The translations under genes and the position numbers were made by a program. Below, one piece after another: positions 48,005 to 58,238 of a stretch of DNA of 64,000 nucleotides. The DNA lies in the NCBI GenBank assembly GCA_043811375.1, contig JBDRNJ010000039.1:32001-96000 (forward strand). The letters are read 5' to 3'. The stretch's first letter is position 1; the number at the start of each line of letters is the position of its first letter. This DNA comes from a bacterium. Its GTDB lineage: Bacteria; Zixibacteria; MSB-5A5; GN15; FEB-12. The notes under the pieces were generated by a model that saw only the letters and a program-made list of their open reading frames with translations, made no database searches and was not told the origin of the DNA.

Positions 48005-48493
48005 ATGAAAAAAGTAACCCTGTTGGCGGTACTGGTGCTGGCGGTAGGCCTGATTGCTTACGCCGGTGAGGAAGCGCAATGGTTTGATATGGAAAACTGC
48101 GCTTTCTGCAGCAATATGTGCAAGAACCCCGAACTGATCGACCATATGATCTGGGAGCATCACAACATCGCTAATGGTATGCTCTCCATCACGACGGTCG
48201 AGCCGGAGTTCAAGGCTCCGTATACCGAAGCGATGGATGCCATGAAGAAGCTGGGAGAGGCGATGGAGGTCGGTAAAGTCGATATGGCCGAGCTCAAACT
48301 GTGTGGCGCCTGCCAACACTACGGCACCCTGGAAGCGGCCGGCGCCAAATCTGAATACATCTTTGGCGAGGCCGCCGACATTTTCCTGATGACTTCCGAT
48401 GATCCCGAACTGGTCAAAAAGATCCAGGAATATGGCCAGCGGAATAATGACGAAATGGCCAAGATGGAGGCAGCCAAGAAAAAAGCTGAGTAG
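48005..48493 (+). CDS. exported Cys/His/Met-rich hypothetical protein
   Basis: Signal peptide; CAFC..MC, DHMIWEHH, CGACQH. Confidence 0.8.
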   Translation: MKKVTLLAVLVLAVGLIAYAGEEAQWFDMENCAFCSNMCKNPELIDHMIWEHHNIANGMLSITTVEPEFKAPYTEAMDAMKKLGEAMEVGKVDMAELKLCGACQHYGTLEAAGAKSEYIFGEAADIFLMTSDDPELVKKIQEYGQRNNDEMAKMEAAKKKAE

Positions 48494-48548
48494 TTACCCG
48501 GTTGCGTTTGGCACCGGTCATCAGTGTGGACTGAAAAAACTGTCCCAA

Positions 48549-48585
48549 CCAAATGGCGTCAGGCAATACTGCTTGACGCCTTTGG
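48549..48585 (+). terminator. hairpin / probable terminator
   Basis: GGCGTCAGGCA-ATAC-TGCTTGACGCC followed by TTTGGTGTT. Confidence 0.55.
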
Positions 48586-48680
48586 TGTTGAGGGCCTATG
48601 CTCAATCGTGAAAGCAACGACCGGGACGAGCGTGACGATCTTAGCGATGTTTCGGAAAGCATAACCGAAGGCATTTAACG

Positions 48681-49364
48681 ATGGCGACTCAATCGGAAAA
48701 CACGGGCTCTGACATCAGGCCGTCGGATTTTCTCCAGCCGGCTAACCTGCTGAGCCTGTCGCGTATTTTGCTCACGCCCGTCATAGGCTATTTCCTGTCT
48801 CAACCCGATTCGCAAGCGACTCTTATCTGTGTCATTCTGCTGATCATAGCGGCCATTACTGACGGCCTGGACGGGTATGTCGCCCGGCGAATGAATCTGA
48901 CCGGTCGATTGGGGATGATTCTCGATCCGCTGGCCGATAAGATCATGGCTGCCGCGCTGGTGATATTGTTGATATTTTTCAGGGATTTCCCCTTCTGGTT
49001 GGCGGCTGCCATCGTCGGTCGTGACCTGGCGATCCTGGCGACGGGCACCCTGCTACTGAAAGGGAGCGCCACAGTCACCCCCTCCAGCCTGACCGGCAAA
49101 TACACTTTTGCTGCCATTGCCGTTTTGCTGGGCAGTTATGTTATCCGGTTTGAATTCGGCCAATTATTAATGACGTACCTGACGGTGACGCTGCTGTCGG
49201 TATCGACCATCATTTATGTCGGACGCTTTGTTGACCTGAAACGTGGCTCACCGTTCAAGCCGTTTGTCGACCGCCCGGTGTATCGGATAATCAGGGTGGC
49301 GTTGACCCTGGCGGTGTCGGCTGTGTTTCTGTACCGGCTGGCCGGGTTCCTGATGAATGGGTAG
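48681..49364 (+). CDS. CDP-alcohol phosphatidyltransferase (PgsA-like)
   Basis: NLLSLSR, TDGLDGYVARR...G.ILDPLADK. Confidence 0.9.
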   Translation: MATQSENTGSDIRPSDFLQPANLLSLSRILLTPVIGYFLSQPDSQATLICVILLIIAAITDGLDGYVARRMNLTGRLGMILDPLADKIMAAALVILLIFFRDFPFWLAAAIVGRDLAILATGTLLLKGSATVTPSSLTGKYTFAAIAVLLGSYVIRFEFGQLLMTYLTVTLLSVSTIIYVGRFVDLKRGSPFKPFVDRPVYRIIRVALTLAVSAVFLYRLAGFLMNG

Positions 49365-49471
49365 CAAACAGCTCGGGCAACTCCGAGCATCACCCCCCCG
49401 AAAGGTCTTTACAACAACTGCCGATTAGGATAAATTAAACAGCTAAATGAGAATCGGAGAGTGAGAGACCA

Positions 49472-52400
49472 GTGGCGACAAACTTCAATACTTTCAAGGA
49501 CGGTTTTTCCCTGCCGGAGGCGGAAAAAGGTATCCTGGATTTCTGGGAAACCAACCGGGTCTACGAAAAGGTCCAGCAGGCCGCCAAAGACCGGCCGCAT
49601 TTTGTTTTCTACGAAGGGCCGCCATCGGCCAACGGCGAGCCGGGAGTGCATCATGTAATCTCACGCACGATCAAGGACCTCATCTGTCGCTATCGGAGTA
49701 TGCGGGGGTTTCGGGTCGACCGTAAAGCCGGCTGGGATACGCACGGTTTGCCGGTGGAGATCGCCGTTGAAAAAGAGCTTAAACTTGAAAGCAAAGCTAA
49801 AATATATGAGTACGGCATCAGCAAGTTCAACCGCCAGTGCCGCAAATCGGTTTTTAAGCATGTGACCGACTGGAACGAAATCACTCGCCGCATCGGCTAC
49901 TGGCTCGACCTGGACGACGCCTATATCACACTAACCAATGACTACATCGAATCGGTCTGGTGGATTCTCAAGACCTTTTTCGATCGCGGACTTATCTACA
50001 GCGGCTATAAGACAGTGCCGTTCTGCCCCCGTTGCGGCACCGGCCTGTCCAGCCACGAGGTAGCCCAGGGGTACGAGACGGTGCGGGACCCGTCGATTTT
50101 CGTCAAGGTCCGGGCAGCCGACGGCGATTTCAGTTACCTGGTCTGGACCACCACACCCTGGACACTGCCCTCGAACGCCGCGTTGTGCATGAAAGCCGAT
50201 GCCGACTACGTGACCGTCGAACACGAAGGGGAGAAACTGGTGCTGGCTGCGGCGCTGGTGGAGCGTATGTTCGGCGAGAATAAAGAGGTCATCGAGCGGC
50301 ATAAAGGAAGTGATTTCCTCAAACGACGTTACCGGCCGCTGTTTGACATATTTACCGATCAAGCTGATCAGGCCTATTATGTCATCAACGGTGATTTCGT
50401 CACCCTGGAGGACGGCACCGGTATTGTCCATATAGCGCCCGGTTTTGGAGCCGACGACTATGAAATCGGCCGGAGCTTCGGACTGCCGGTTTTTCAGGCG
50501 ATCGAGGCCAGCGGTATCTTTAAGGATTTTGCCGGCAAATACGCCGGGATGTTTATCAAGGATGCCGACCCGGTGATAATAGCTGACCTCAAATCAGATG
50601 GGCGACTGTTCAAGCAGGAAATCTACGAGCACAGCTACCCCTTCTGCTGGCGGTGCGAATCGCCCCTGATCTACATTGCCCGGCAGTCGTGGTACTTGAA
50701 AACAACCGAGTTCAAACAGCAACTGATTGACAACAGCAATGCCATCAAATGGTGCCCGGATGAGATTCGCACCGGCCGGATGCAGGACTGGCTGGAAAAC
50801 AACGTCGACTGGGCGCTCTCACGCGAACGCTTCTGGGGCACGCCGCTGCCGATCTGGATTTGTGACGAAGAGAACTGTGGCCAAAAGATTGCGGTCGGCT
50901 CCATTGAGCAGTTGCGGCGGGAGGCGGTCAACCCCCCGGACGAGATCGACCTGCATAAGCCGATGATGGATGAAATCAAGCTGACCTGTCGGTGTGGTCA
51001 GACTATGAGCCGGGTACCGGAGGTGATCGACGTCTGGTTTGATTCCGGCGCCATGCCGTACGCCCAGTGGCATTATCCGTTTGAAAACAAAGAGGAGTTC
51101 GAGAGCAAGTACCCGGCCGACTTCATCTCCGAGGCGGTGGACCAGACCCGGGGCTGGTTTTATTCGCTGCTGGCTATCTCCACGCTGCTGTTCGGCAAAC
51201 CGCCGTTTAAGAATGTCATCGTGATGGAGATGATTCTCGACAAGGAAGGCAAGAAGATGTCCAAGAGCAAAGGGAACGTTGTTAATCCCTTTGCTGTCAT
51301 TGATCGTTTCGGTGCCGATCCGCTGCGCTGGTACCTGGTGTCCACTTCGCAACCCTGGCTGCCGATCCGGTTTGACTTGGACATCCTGGCGGAAGTGGTG
51401 CGCAAGTACTTCGATACCCTGCGCAACACTTATTCGTTCTTTGCCATTTACGCCAATGTCGACCACGTGGCCGAGTCGGCACAGGCAGCCGATCAGTCGA
51501 TCGAAGAATATCTTCAGAGCAAGGCCGATCGGCCGGAACGGTTCGATCTCTGGATCGAATCGCGCTACCAGAGCCTGGTCAAAAAGGTCACGCATGGCTT
51601 TGACAACTATGAGATCACCCGGCCGGTGCGCAGTATCCAGACGTTTGTCATTGATGACCTGTCCAACTGGTACGTGCGCAATAACCGCCGTCGCTTCTGG
51701 GCCGGCGGTGACGATCCGTCCAAAATGCGCGCCTACCTGACTCTGTATCGCCTGTTGACGGGGATTTGCCGGTTGACGGCGCCGGTGACACCGCTTTTCT
51801 CGGAACTGTTATTCCGTGAACTTACGATGGCCGATGGTTATCCGGATAATGCGCTGACATCGGTGCATGCGGCTGCTTATCCGCAGACGGACGAGTCCGG
51901 GATCGATTCCCAACTGGAAGAAAGTATGCAACTGGTGCAGAAGATCGTATCGCTGGGTCGAGCGGTTCGTTCGCGCAAGAATCTCAAAGTCCGCCAGCCG
52001 TTGTCGCGTATCCTGATTGCGTTGCCTTCGCATACCGACCAGAAGGGCCTTGAGGGCTACCTTGATATCGTCAGGGAGGAACTTAATATCAAGGAGATCG
52101 TGTTCAGCACTGAGGCCGAGCAGTGCGTCAACCTGGCGGCTCGCCTCAATTTCAAGACCGCCGGACCGAAACTGGGTGCCGATGTCAAGAAAGTGGCTGC
52201 GCAGTTGAGCCGACTCGATTCGGAAACAGTGCAGCAAGTCGCCGCATCCGGACAGTTATCCCTTGATGTTGACGGTCGGCAGATCAACCTTGCCGGTGAG
52301 GATGTCCAGATTATCCGCAAAGACAAGCCGGGTTACGCCGTGGAAAGCGATGGTTCGGTTACGGTGGCCCTGGTGACGGTGTTGACTGAAGAATTGATAG

Positions 52401-52657
52401 GTGAAGGGTTCGCCCGCGAAATCGTCAACAAGATTCAAAATATGCGCAAGAGTTCCGGTTTGGATATAACCGACTACGTTGATGTTCGTGTCAGTTCATC
52501 TGAGCGATTGAGAGAAGCGGCCGAACAGCACGACGAGTTCATTCGGCGGGAAACGCTGGCCCGCCGGATCGAGTTCACCGATGCGGAAATGGTCGGCGAC
52601 GGCAAAGAATGGAATATTAATGGTGAGAAGGCCGCCATCGCGGTGGCGAAGGCATAG
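49472..52657 (+). CDS. ileS: isoleucine--tRNA ligase, type 2
   Basis: FYEGPPSANG, GWDTHGLPVE, WTTTPWTLPSN, DWALSRERFWGTPLP, DQTRGWFY, KMSKS; type 2 C-terminus (EGFAREIVNKIQ.MRK) without Zn finger. Confidence 0.97.
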   Translation: MATNFNTFKDGFSLPEAEKGILDFWETNRVYEKVQQAAKDRPHFVFYEGPPSANGEPGVHHVISRTIKDLICRYRSMRGFRVDRKAGWDTHGLPVEIAVEKELKLESKAKIYEYGISKFNRQCRKSVFKHVTDWNEITRRIGYWLDLDDAYITLTNDYIESVWWILKTFFDRGLIYSGYKTVPFCPRCGTGLSSHEVAQGYETVRDPSIFVKVRAADGDFSYLVWTTTPWTLPSNAALCMKADADYVTVEHEGEKLVLAAALVERMFGENKEVIERHKGSDFLKRRYRPLFDIFTDQADQAYYVINGDFVTLEDGTGIVHIAPGFGADDYEIGRSFGLPVFQAIEASGIFKDFAGKYAGMFIKDADPVIIADLKSDGRLFKQEIYEHSYPFCWRCESPLIYIARQSWYLKTTEFKQQLIDNSNAIKWCPDEIRTGRMQDWLENNVDWALSRERFWGTPLPIWICDEENCGQKIAVGSIEQLRREAVNPPDEIDLHKPMMDEIKLTCRCGQTMSRVPEVIDVWFDSGAMPYAQWHYPFENKEEFESKYPADFISEAVDQTRGWFYSLLAISTLLFGKPPFKNVIVMEMILDKEGKKMSKSKGNVVNPFAVIDRFGADPLRWYLVSTSQPWLPIRFDLDILAEVVRKYFDTLRNTYSFFAIYANVDHVAESAQAADQSIEEYLQSKADRPERFDLWIESRYQSLVKKVTHGFDNYEITRPVRSIQTFVIDDLSNWYVRNNRRRFWAGGDDPSKMRAYLTLYRLLTGICRLTAPVTPLFSELLFRELTMADGYPDNALTSVHAAAYPQTDESGIDSQLEESMQLVQKIVSLGRAVRSRKNLKVRQPLSRILIALPSHTDQKGLEGYLDIVREELNIKEIVFSTEAEQCVNLAARLNFKTAGPKLGADVKKVAAQLSRLDSETVQQVAASGQLSLDVDGRQINLAGEDVQIIRKDKPGYAVESDGSVTVALVTVLTEELIGEGFAREIVNKIQNMRKSSGLDITDYVDVRVSSSERLREAAEQHDEFIRRETLARRIEFTDAEMVGDGKEWNINGEKAAIAVAKA

Positions 52658-52671
52658 GATGGGAGGTAGCC

Positions 52672-53055
52672 ATGCGCAAGACCGATCTGAAGAAATATGA
52701 AAAACTGCTGCTGGAGAAAAAAAAGTCCCTCCTGGAACAGATTGCGTCAACCATGAAAGATCGGGTTTCGACAACTATCCGTGAATCAACCGGTGACATT
52801 TCATCCTATTCCTACCACATGGCCGATCAGGGCACCGATGCTATGGAACGGGAACTGGCTTTCATGTTTGCTTCCAAATCGGGCCGTCTCGTCTATCACA
52901 TCGATCAGGCGCTGAAGCGTATAAAGGACGGTAGCTACGGTAAGTGCGTCAAATGCGGCAAACCGATCAGTTCCGCCAGGTTGACAGCCGTCCCTCACGC
53001 CCGGATGTGCATCGAGTGCAAATCAGCCGAAGAGGGTTCTAAAGCTGGTAGTTAG
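52672..53055 (+). CDS. TraR/DksA C4 zinc-finger protein
   Basis: HMADQGTD, YGKCVKCG..I...RL.AVP.A.MCIEC. Confidence 0.92.
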   Translation: MRKTDLKKYEKLLLEKKKSLLEQIASTMKDRVSTTIRESTGDISSYSYHMADQGTDAMERELAFMFASKSGRLVYHIDQALKRIKDGSYGKCVKCGKPISSARLTAVPHARMCIECKSAEEGSKAGS

Positions 53056-53626
53056 CAATCGCACAAGCCTGCTGACCCCCGCAGCGATCATCCTGGCCAC
53101 CGTAGCCGTCGATCAGATTTCCAAAATCTGGGCAGTTAACCTGTTGGCGGAACAACCCACGCGGGAAGCGCTGGGTCGGTTTTTGATGTTCACCCTTGTT
53201 TATAACGAAGGCGGCGCCCTGGGAACCAGCTTCGGCTCCTCAACCTACTATCTCGTATCATCATTGATTATATTATCCTTTGTCCTCTACTACCTGTTTG
53301 TCAATCGTTATTCGGCTCGGATCGCCTGGCCGCTGTCCTTTACGGCGGCGGGGGCAATCGGCAATATCATTGATCGCATCAGGCTGGGTAAGGTGATTGA
53401 CTTTATCGATGTTGATATTTTCGATATAAACCTGGCCGGCTTTCACCTTGATCGCTGGTGGACTTTCAATGTCGCCGATGCTGCTATAAGCTGCTCAATC
53501 GTGTTTTTGCTGTACACATTAATGTTTTCGCGTCACCGACAGGCGCCGGTATCAGCAATGGCTATCGATGAAATCGACTCGCAGCGAGCCAAAGAATCGG
53601 GCGGCCCCCCTCCCGACCACAGTTAA
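53045..53626 (+). CDS. lspA: lipoprotein signal peptidase II
   Basis: DQISK, YNEGGALG, GAIGNIIDRI..G.VIDFID, FNVADAAI. Start inferred at CTG 53045. Confidence 0.9.
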   Translation: MVVSNRTSLLTPAAIILATVAVDQISKIWAVNLLAEQPTREALGRFLMFTLVYNEGGALGTSFGSSTYYLVSSLIILSFVLYYLFVNRYSARIAWPLSFTAAGAIGNIIDRIRLGKVIDFIDVDIFDINLAGFHLDRWWTFNVADAAISCSIVFLLYTLMFSRHRQAPVSAMAIDEIDSQRAKESGGPPPDHS

Positions 53627-53892
53627 ATTCTTGCGATCCAACAACATCCCAACTCGCCCGGTTGCAGGGGGCACCCTGGGGCAAAGTACAACCAGCCCGG
53701 CTCACGATCTTTGGCAGCGACAGCCTGAGACTGAAGATAGGTAATACTTTCGGGAATCTTGCTTATTCGCCAAAGACGAGGCGAACTGTCGAGAGTGATC
53801 GGGTGCATCTGTAATGTGCTCATACATAAGGTGATAGAAAGCCCCCCGGATTATTATAAGCCGGATGACGGGCGGGAGGTAAAAGGGTGAGA

Positions 53893-53910
53893 TAATGAAT
53901 TTTTTCACAA
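53893..53910. promoter_or_regulatory. Rex/HcpR-like operator upstream of dsrA
   Basis: TAATGAA-TTTT-TTCACAA, just upstream of TTGACG (53918)-N17-TATAGA. Confidence 0.55.
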
Positions 53911-54073
53911 CTTTTCCTTGACGGAAAGCCCTCTATTCACTATAGAGGGCTTCTGTGAAATGAATGACCTGTTGAGATTTATGGAGACTATTGTAGCTAC
54001 TACGTTAGCCGTAAGCTAAATAATGAATCTGAAGGCAAGAATCAACACAATATATACTACCTGAGGAGACACA

Positions 54074-55285
54074 ATGGCAGATCTTCCTAAGACCCCCATG
54101 TTGGATGAACTGGAGAAGGGTGCCTGGCCCAGCTTTGTTAAAGAGATAAAGATGGCTGCGAAAAGGAGCCCGATGTCCAGGGATCTTCTTGGTCAGTTGG
54201 AACAATCCTATAACGAGAAAATCGGCCACTGGAAACACGGTGGCATCGTCGGTGTTATGGGCTACGGTGGCGGTGTCATCGGCAGATATTCGGATTTGCC
54301 CGACAAATGGCCGGGTGTTTCCCATTTTCACACTATGCGCATTAACCAACCGGCAGGGTGGTTCTATAAGACTGATGCATTACGCGGTATCTGTGATATC
54401 TGGGAGAAGCACGGTTCGGGCATGACCAACATGCACGGATCAACTGGTGATATTATCCTGCTCGGTACCAACACTGATGCACTTGAGCCGATTTTCTCCG
54501 ACCTGGCCAAAATAGACTTCGATATTGGTGGATCAGGCTCAGATGTTAGAACACCAAGCTGTTGTGTCGGACCGGCTCGATGCGAGTGGGCTTGCTATGA
54601 CACCCTGGCGCTCACGCACGATCTCACAATGCATTTCCAGGATGAGATCCACCGTCCCGCTTTCCCATATAAGTTCAAATTCAAGATGTCCGGCTGCCCC
54701 AACGATTGTGTGGCCTCAATTGCCAGGGCCGACATGTCCATCATCGGTATGTGGCGGGACGCCATTCAGGTGGATAAAGACGCAGTCGCCGAGTATGCCG
54801 ACAAGGGTATGGATATCAGGTCTGACGTGCTTGATAACTGCCCGGCCAAGTGCATGGAGTTCGACGGTAAGGAACTGCATATCGACGACAGTTACTGCCG
54901 CAAGTGCATGCACTGCATTAATGTCATGCCCAAAGCCCTTAGGCCCGGCAAGGACCGCGGCGCCACCATCCTCATTGGCTCCAAGGCACCCATCGTTGAG
55001 GGCGCCCTGCTCTCATCGGTGCTTTTCCCGTTCATCAAGATCGAAGCTCCGTATGACAAGATAAAGGATACGGTTGAAAAAATCTGGGATGTCTGGGGTG
55101 AGGAAGGCAAGAACCGCGAGCGTGTCGGCGAGTTTATACAGCGCGTCGGCATGGGCAATTTCCTGGAAGCCATCGAGGTAGAACCGGTAGCTGAAATGGT
55201 GGCGGCTCCTCGTGATAACCCGTACATCTTCTACGAAGAATACTTTGAAGAAGATGAGGGTGAAGAAGAAGAAAACGAAGGCTGA
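54074..55285 (+). CDS. dsrA: dissimilatory sulfite reductase alpha subunit
   Basis: [61 protein letters not shown]. Confidence 0.98.
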   Translation: MADLPKTPMLDELEKGAWPSFVKEIKMAAKRSPMSRDLLGQLEQSYNEKIGHWKHGGIVGVMGYGGGVIGRYSDLPDKWPGVSHFHTMRINQPAGWFYKTDALRGICDIWEKHGSGMTNMHGSTGDIILLGTNTDALEPIFSDLAKIDFDIGGSGSDVRTPSCCVGPARCEWACYDTLALTHDLTMHFQDEIHRPAFPYKFKFKMSGCPNDCVASIARADMSIIGMWRDAIQVDKDAVAEYADKGMDIRSDVLDNCPAKCMEFDGKELHIDDSYCRKCMHCINVMPKALRPGKDRGATILIGSKAPIVEGALLSSVLFPFIKIEAPYDKIKDTVEKIWDVWGEEGKNRERVGEFIQRVGMGNFLEAIEVEPVAEMVAAPRDNPYIFYEEYFEEDEGEEEENEG

Positions 55286-55329
55286 TATCAGCCAACAGAA
55301 CATGATATATCAGGATAGAGGTATCAGAT

Positions 55330-56412
55330 ATGACTGAAGCAACACAAGAGAGAAGAACTGATTACGGTCCGCCTCATTACGAGCGATTCTTACCGCCCGT
55401 GGTCAAGGCGAACTACGGCAAATGGAAGTATCACGAGATTCTGAAGCCCGGCGTGATGGTTCATGTTGGAGAATCGGGGGATAAGCTCTACACCGTCAGA
55501 GCCGCGTCGGGAAGGCTGTTGAGTATCGATAAAATCCGCATGTATTGCGATCTGGCGGATAAGTACTGCGACGGCTACATCCGTTTCACCAGCCGTCACA
55601 GCGTTGAGTTCATGACCACCAAAAAGGAAAACATAGATCCGTTAATCAGCGACCTTAAGAAGCTCGGCCATCCTGTGGGCGGTATCGGGAACGCTATCAC
55701 CAGTATTGTTCATACTCAAGGCTGGGTTCACTGTCACTCGGCCGCAACCGATGCATCCGGTATCGTCAAGGCTGTGATGGACGACCTGATTGAGTATTTC
55801 GAGGAGAGGAAGCTGCCGGGTAAGCTGCGTATCGCCCTGGCCTGCTGCCTGAACATGTGCGGCGCGGTACACTGCTCCGACATCGCCATTCTGGGTATCC
55901 ACCGCCGCCCGCCGCGTGCGAACCATGCATTGCTGAAGAAGCAGTGCGAAATTCCCAGCGTAGTGGCATCATGTCCTACGGCGGCTATCCGTCCGGCCAC
56001 GGTCGACGGCAAACCGTCCGTGGAAATCATGGAAGAACGGTGCATGTTCTGTGCCAACTGCTTCACTGTCTGTCCGTCGCTGCCGATGAACGACCCGCTC
56101 AACGACGGCATATCCATCTGGGTTGGTGGTAAGGTGTCCAATGCTCGCACCGAGCCGATGTTCTCGAAACTGGCAATACCGTTCATCCCCAATAATCCTC
56201 CGCGCTGGCCTGAAGTGGTCACGGCTATCAGAGGTCTGGTTGAGTTGTGGGCCAAGAACGCCCGCAAATACGAGCGCATGGGCGAATGGATCAACCGTAT
56301 CGGCTGGCCGCGATTCTTCAAGATGTCCGGTATCGAATTTGAAAAACAACACATAGATGACTTTAAACATGCCGGCCTGACATACAAACGGTCGACTCAC
56401 TTGACGTTTTAA
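55330..56412 (+). CDS. dsrB: dissimilatory sulfite reductase beta subunit
   Basis: [48 protein letters not shown]. Confidence 0.98.
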   Translation: MTEATQERRTDYGPPHYERFLPPVVKANYGKWKYHEILKPGVMVHVGESGDKLYTVRAASGRLLSIDKIRMYCDLADKYCDGYIRFTSRHSVEFMTTKKENIDPLISDLKKLGHPVGGIGNAITSIVHTQGWVHCHSAATDASGIVKAVMDDLIEYFEERKLPGKLRIALACCLNMCGAVHCSDIAILGIHRRPPRANHALLKKQCEIPSVVASCPTAAIRPATVDGKPSVEIMEERCMFCANCFTVCPSLPMNDPLNDGISIWVGGKVSNARTEPMFSKLAIPFIPNNPPRWPEVVTAIRGLVELWAKNARKYERMGEWINRIGWPRFFKMSGIEFEKQHIDDFKHAGLTYKRSTHLTF

Positions 56413-56423
56413 GAGGTATTCAC

Positions 56424-56669
56424 GTGGCCAAGACGGTCGATGAAATTGCGGATGCCATGTTCAACCTGGTGAAGGACGCTCAGGGCCTGAGAAAACTGAA
56501 GGCTATGGATCTGATCAAGTCGATGAGGGAGTTCTTCGGCGATGAGGCTGACAAAAAGCTTTGCAAAGAGGCTATCAAGTCGCTCATCAACTCCGGCAGG
56601 TGTGTCTACACCTACTTCGGAGGCAGTTACATAGAGCTTCCACATAGGGAAGGCGCCGCGAACGACTGA
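56424..56669 (+). CDS. dsrD: DsrD family protein
   Basis: 81 aa winged-helix-like protein directly after dsrB; K.AI..LI..G..VY...GS pattern. Confidence 0.75.
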   Translation: MAKTVDEIADAMFNLVKDAQGLRKLKAMDLIKSMREFFGDEADKKLCKEAIKSLINSGRCVYTYFGGSYIELPHREGAAND

Positions 56670-56696
56670 GCTCCAGGCGCCCGGGGTTGGACATTA

Positions 56697-58202
56697 ATGA
56701 GAGTAAGCATTCCGAGGCTGGTAATAGCCGGCCTGTCGGGCGATTCCGGCAAAACGCTGGTCAGCCTGTCCCTTCTGGCAGCACTGCGACGGAAGGGAAC
56801 GGCTCTCTCTGTCTTTAAGAAAGGTCCCGATTACATTGATGCCGCCTGGCTGACTCGCACCGCCGGGTCGACTTGCCGCAATCTCGATACTTACCTGGTT
56901 GACACCGAAGGCGTCTGCCGGACATTTACCCGTTATGCCGCTGAAAGTGAATTGGCGGTCATCGAGGGTAACCGGGGACTGTTCGATGGTAGAGATGCAG
57001 AAGGGACACACAGTACCGCCGAGTTGGCCCGGCTGCTTCAGGCGCCGGTGGTGCTGGTAGTCAACTGCACCAAGGCCACCCGAACCGTAGCCGCTATCGT
57101 TAATGGTTGCCGCTCTTTCGATCCTCAGCTTAATCTGGCCGGAGTTATTCTAAACCAGGTCGCCGGTGAGCGACACGGTCGTGTCATAAGTGATGCCATC
57201 GAACGCTACTGCCGACTGCCGGTGCTGGGTCATGTGCCCCGCTTGCGGGATGAAGCAGCCCTCATTCCGGGACGTCATCTCGGCCTGGTGCCACCGGCGG
57301 AACACCGCAGTGATGCCGCTTTTGACGAACGGCTGGCTGGCGTGGCCACTACTCACCTTAATCTGGACCAACTGATCAGAATCGCGACTGAAGCGCCGCC
57401 ACTGGAAATACCGGAGGCTGAACCCGTGGACACAATGGCGCCGTCAGTCCGGATCGGGTATTTCGACGACCCGGTGTTCACTTTCTATTATCCGGAGAAT
57501 CTTGAAGCGCTGCAGGCTCATGGCGCCGAGTTGGTGCCGATTAATTCGCTCACGGCGCGGGAACTGCCGGAAGTGGATGCGCTCTATATCGGTGGCGGTT
57601 TTCCGGAAACACATGCCGCCCAATTGGCCGGCAATAGAGCATTGCTGGAAGCTGTGCGGCGACAAGCCGAGAACGGGTTGCCGGTGTATGCCGAATGCGG
57701 CGGGCTGATATTCCTGTCGCGAAGACTGATTGTGGGCGACAGTGTCTACCCGATGGCCGGTTTGTTGGAAATTGATCTGGGTTGGCAATCACAACCGGTC
57801 GGTCACGGTTATACCGAGTTGCATGTGGATCAACCCAACCCTTTCTTTGTAGCCGGCACCACTTTTCGCGGTCATGAGTTCCACTATACCGGGGTCCGGC
57901 GCGGTTCGAAGAACACGACCACTTGCCTGGAAGTCAAGACCGGAGTCGGGCTGGGCCGGGGCCGTGACGGACTGGTGTACAAGCAGGTCCTGGCCGCCTA
58001 CACGCATCTGCACGCGGACGGCGTGCCCACCTGGGGTGCGGCCCTGACGGCACGTGCTCGTGAGTATCGGCGCAGCTGCAGTGATCCCGGCGACGCCACG
58101 ATCGACCAGAGTGGAGGGGTGGCAGGCGAACGTTTCGATGGTAATACGACACACAATTTAATTACGGTAAAACAACAGCCGGTAAGCTCCGCAGGTGGAT
58201 AA
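56697..58202 (+). CDS. dsrN: cobyrinate a,c-diamide synthase-like siroamide synthase DsrN
   Basis: PRLVIAGLSGDSGKT, KKGPDYID, EGNRGLFDG, FYYPEN, YAECGG, GHEFHY; located in dsr operon. Confidence 0.88.
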   Translation: MRVSIPRLVIAGLSGDSGKTLVSLSLLAALRRKGTALSVFKKGPDYIDAAWLTRTAGSTCRNLDTYLVDTEGVCRTFTRYAAESELAVIEGNRGLFDGRDAEGTHSTAELARLLQAPVVLVVNCTKATRTVAAIVNGCRSFDPQLNLAGVILNQVAGERHGRVISDAIERYCRLPVLGHVPRLRDEAALIPGRHLGLVPPAEHRSDAAFDERLAGVATTHLNLDQLIRIATEAPPLEIPEAEPVDTMAPSVRIGYFDDPVFTFYYPENLEALQAHGAELVPINSLTARELPEVDALYIGGGFPETHAAQLAGNRALLEAVRRQAENGLPVYAECGGLIFLSRRLIVGDSVYPMAGLLEIDLGWQSQPVGHGYTELHVDQPNPFFVAGTTFRGHEFHYTGVRRGSKNTTTCLEVKTGVGLGRGRDGLVYKQVLAAYTHLHADGVPTWGAALTARAREYRRSCSDPGDATIDQSGGVAGERFDGNTTHNLITVKQQPVSSAGG

Positions 58203-58238
58203 ATCCGGCGTATTTTCATTCTTGAGAAGAGTATCATC

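Noticed and set aside
48290..48325. c-type cytochrome call for ORF 48005
   Set aside because: The motif is CGACQH (CxxCxH), not canonical CxxCH.
49365..49471. T-box leader for ileS
   Set aside because: Region is only ~105 bp and lacks the GGTGGNACC T-box motif.
53627..53890. Structured ncRNA or tRNA in the long gap before dsrA
   Set aside because: No tRNA, SRP, 6S or tmRNA hallmarks recognised by eye; an Rfam scan is needed to exclude one.
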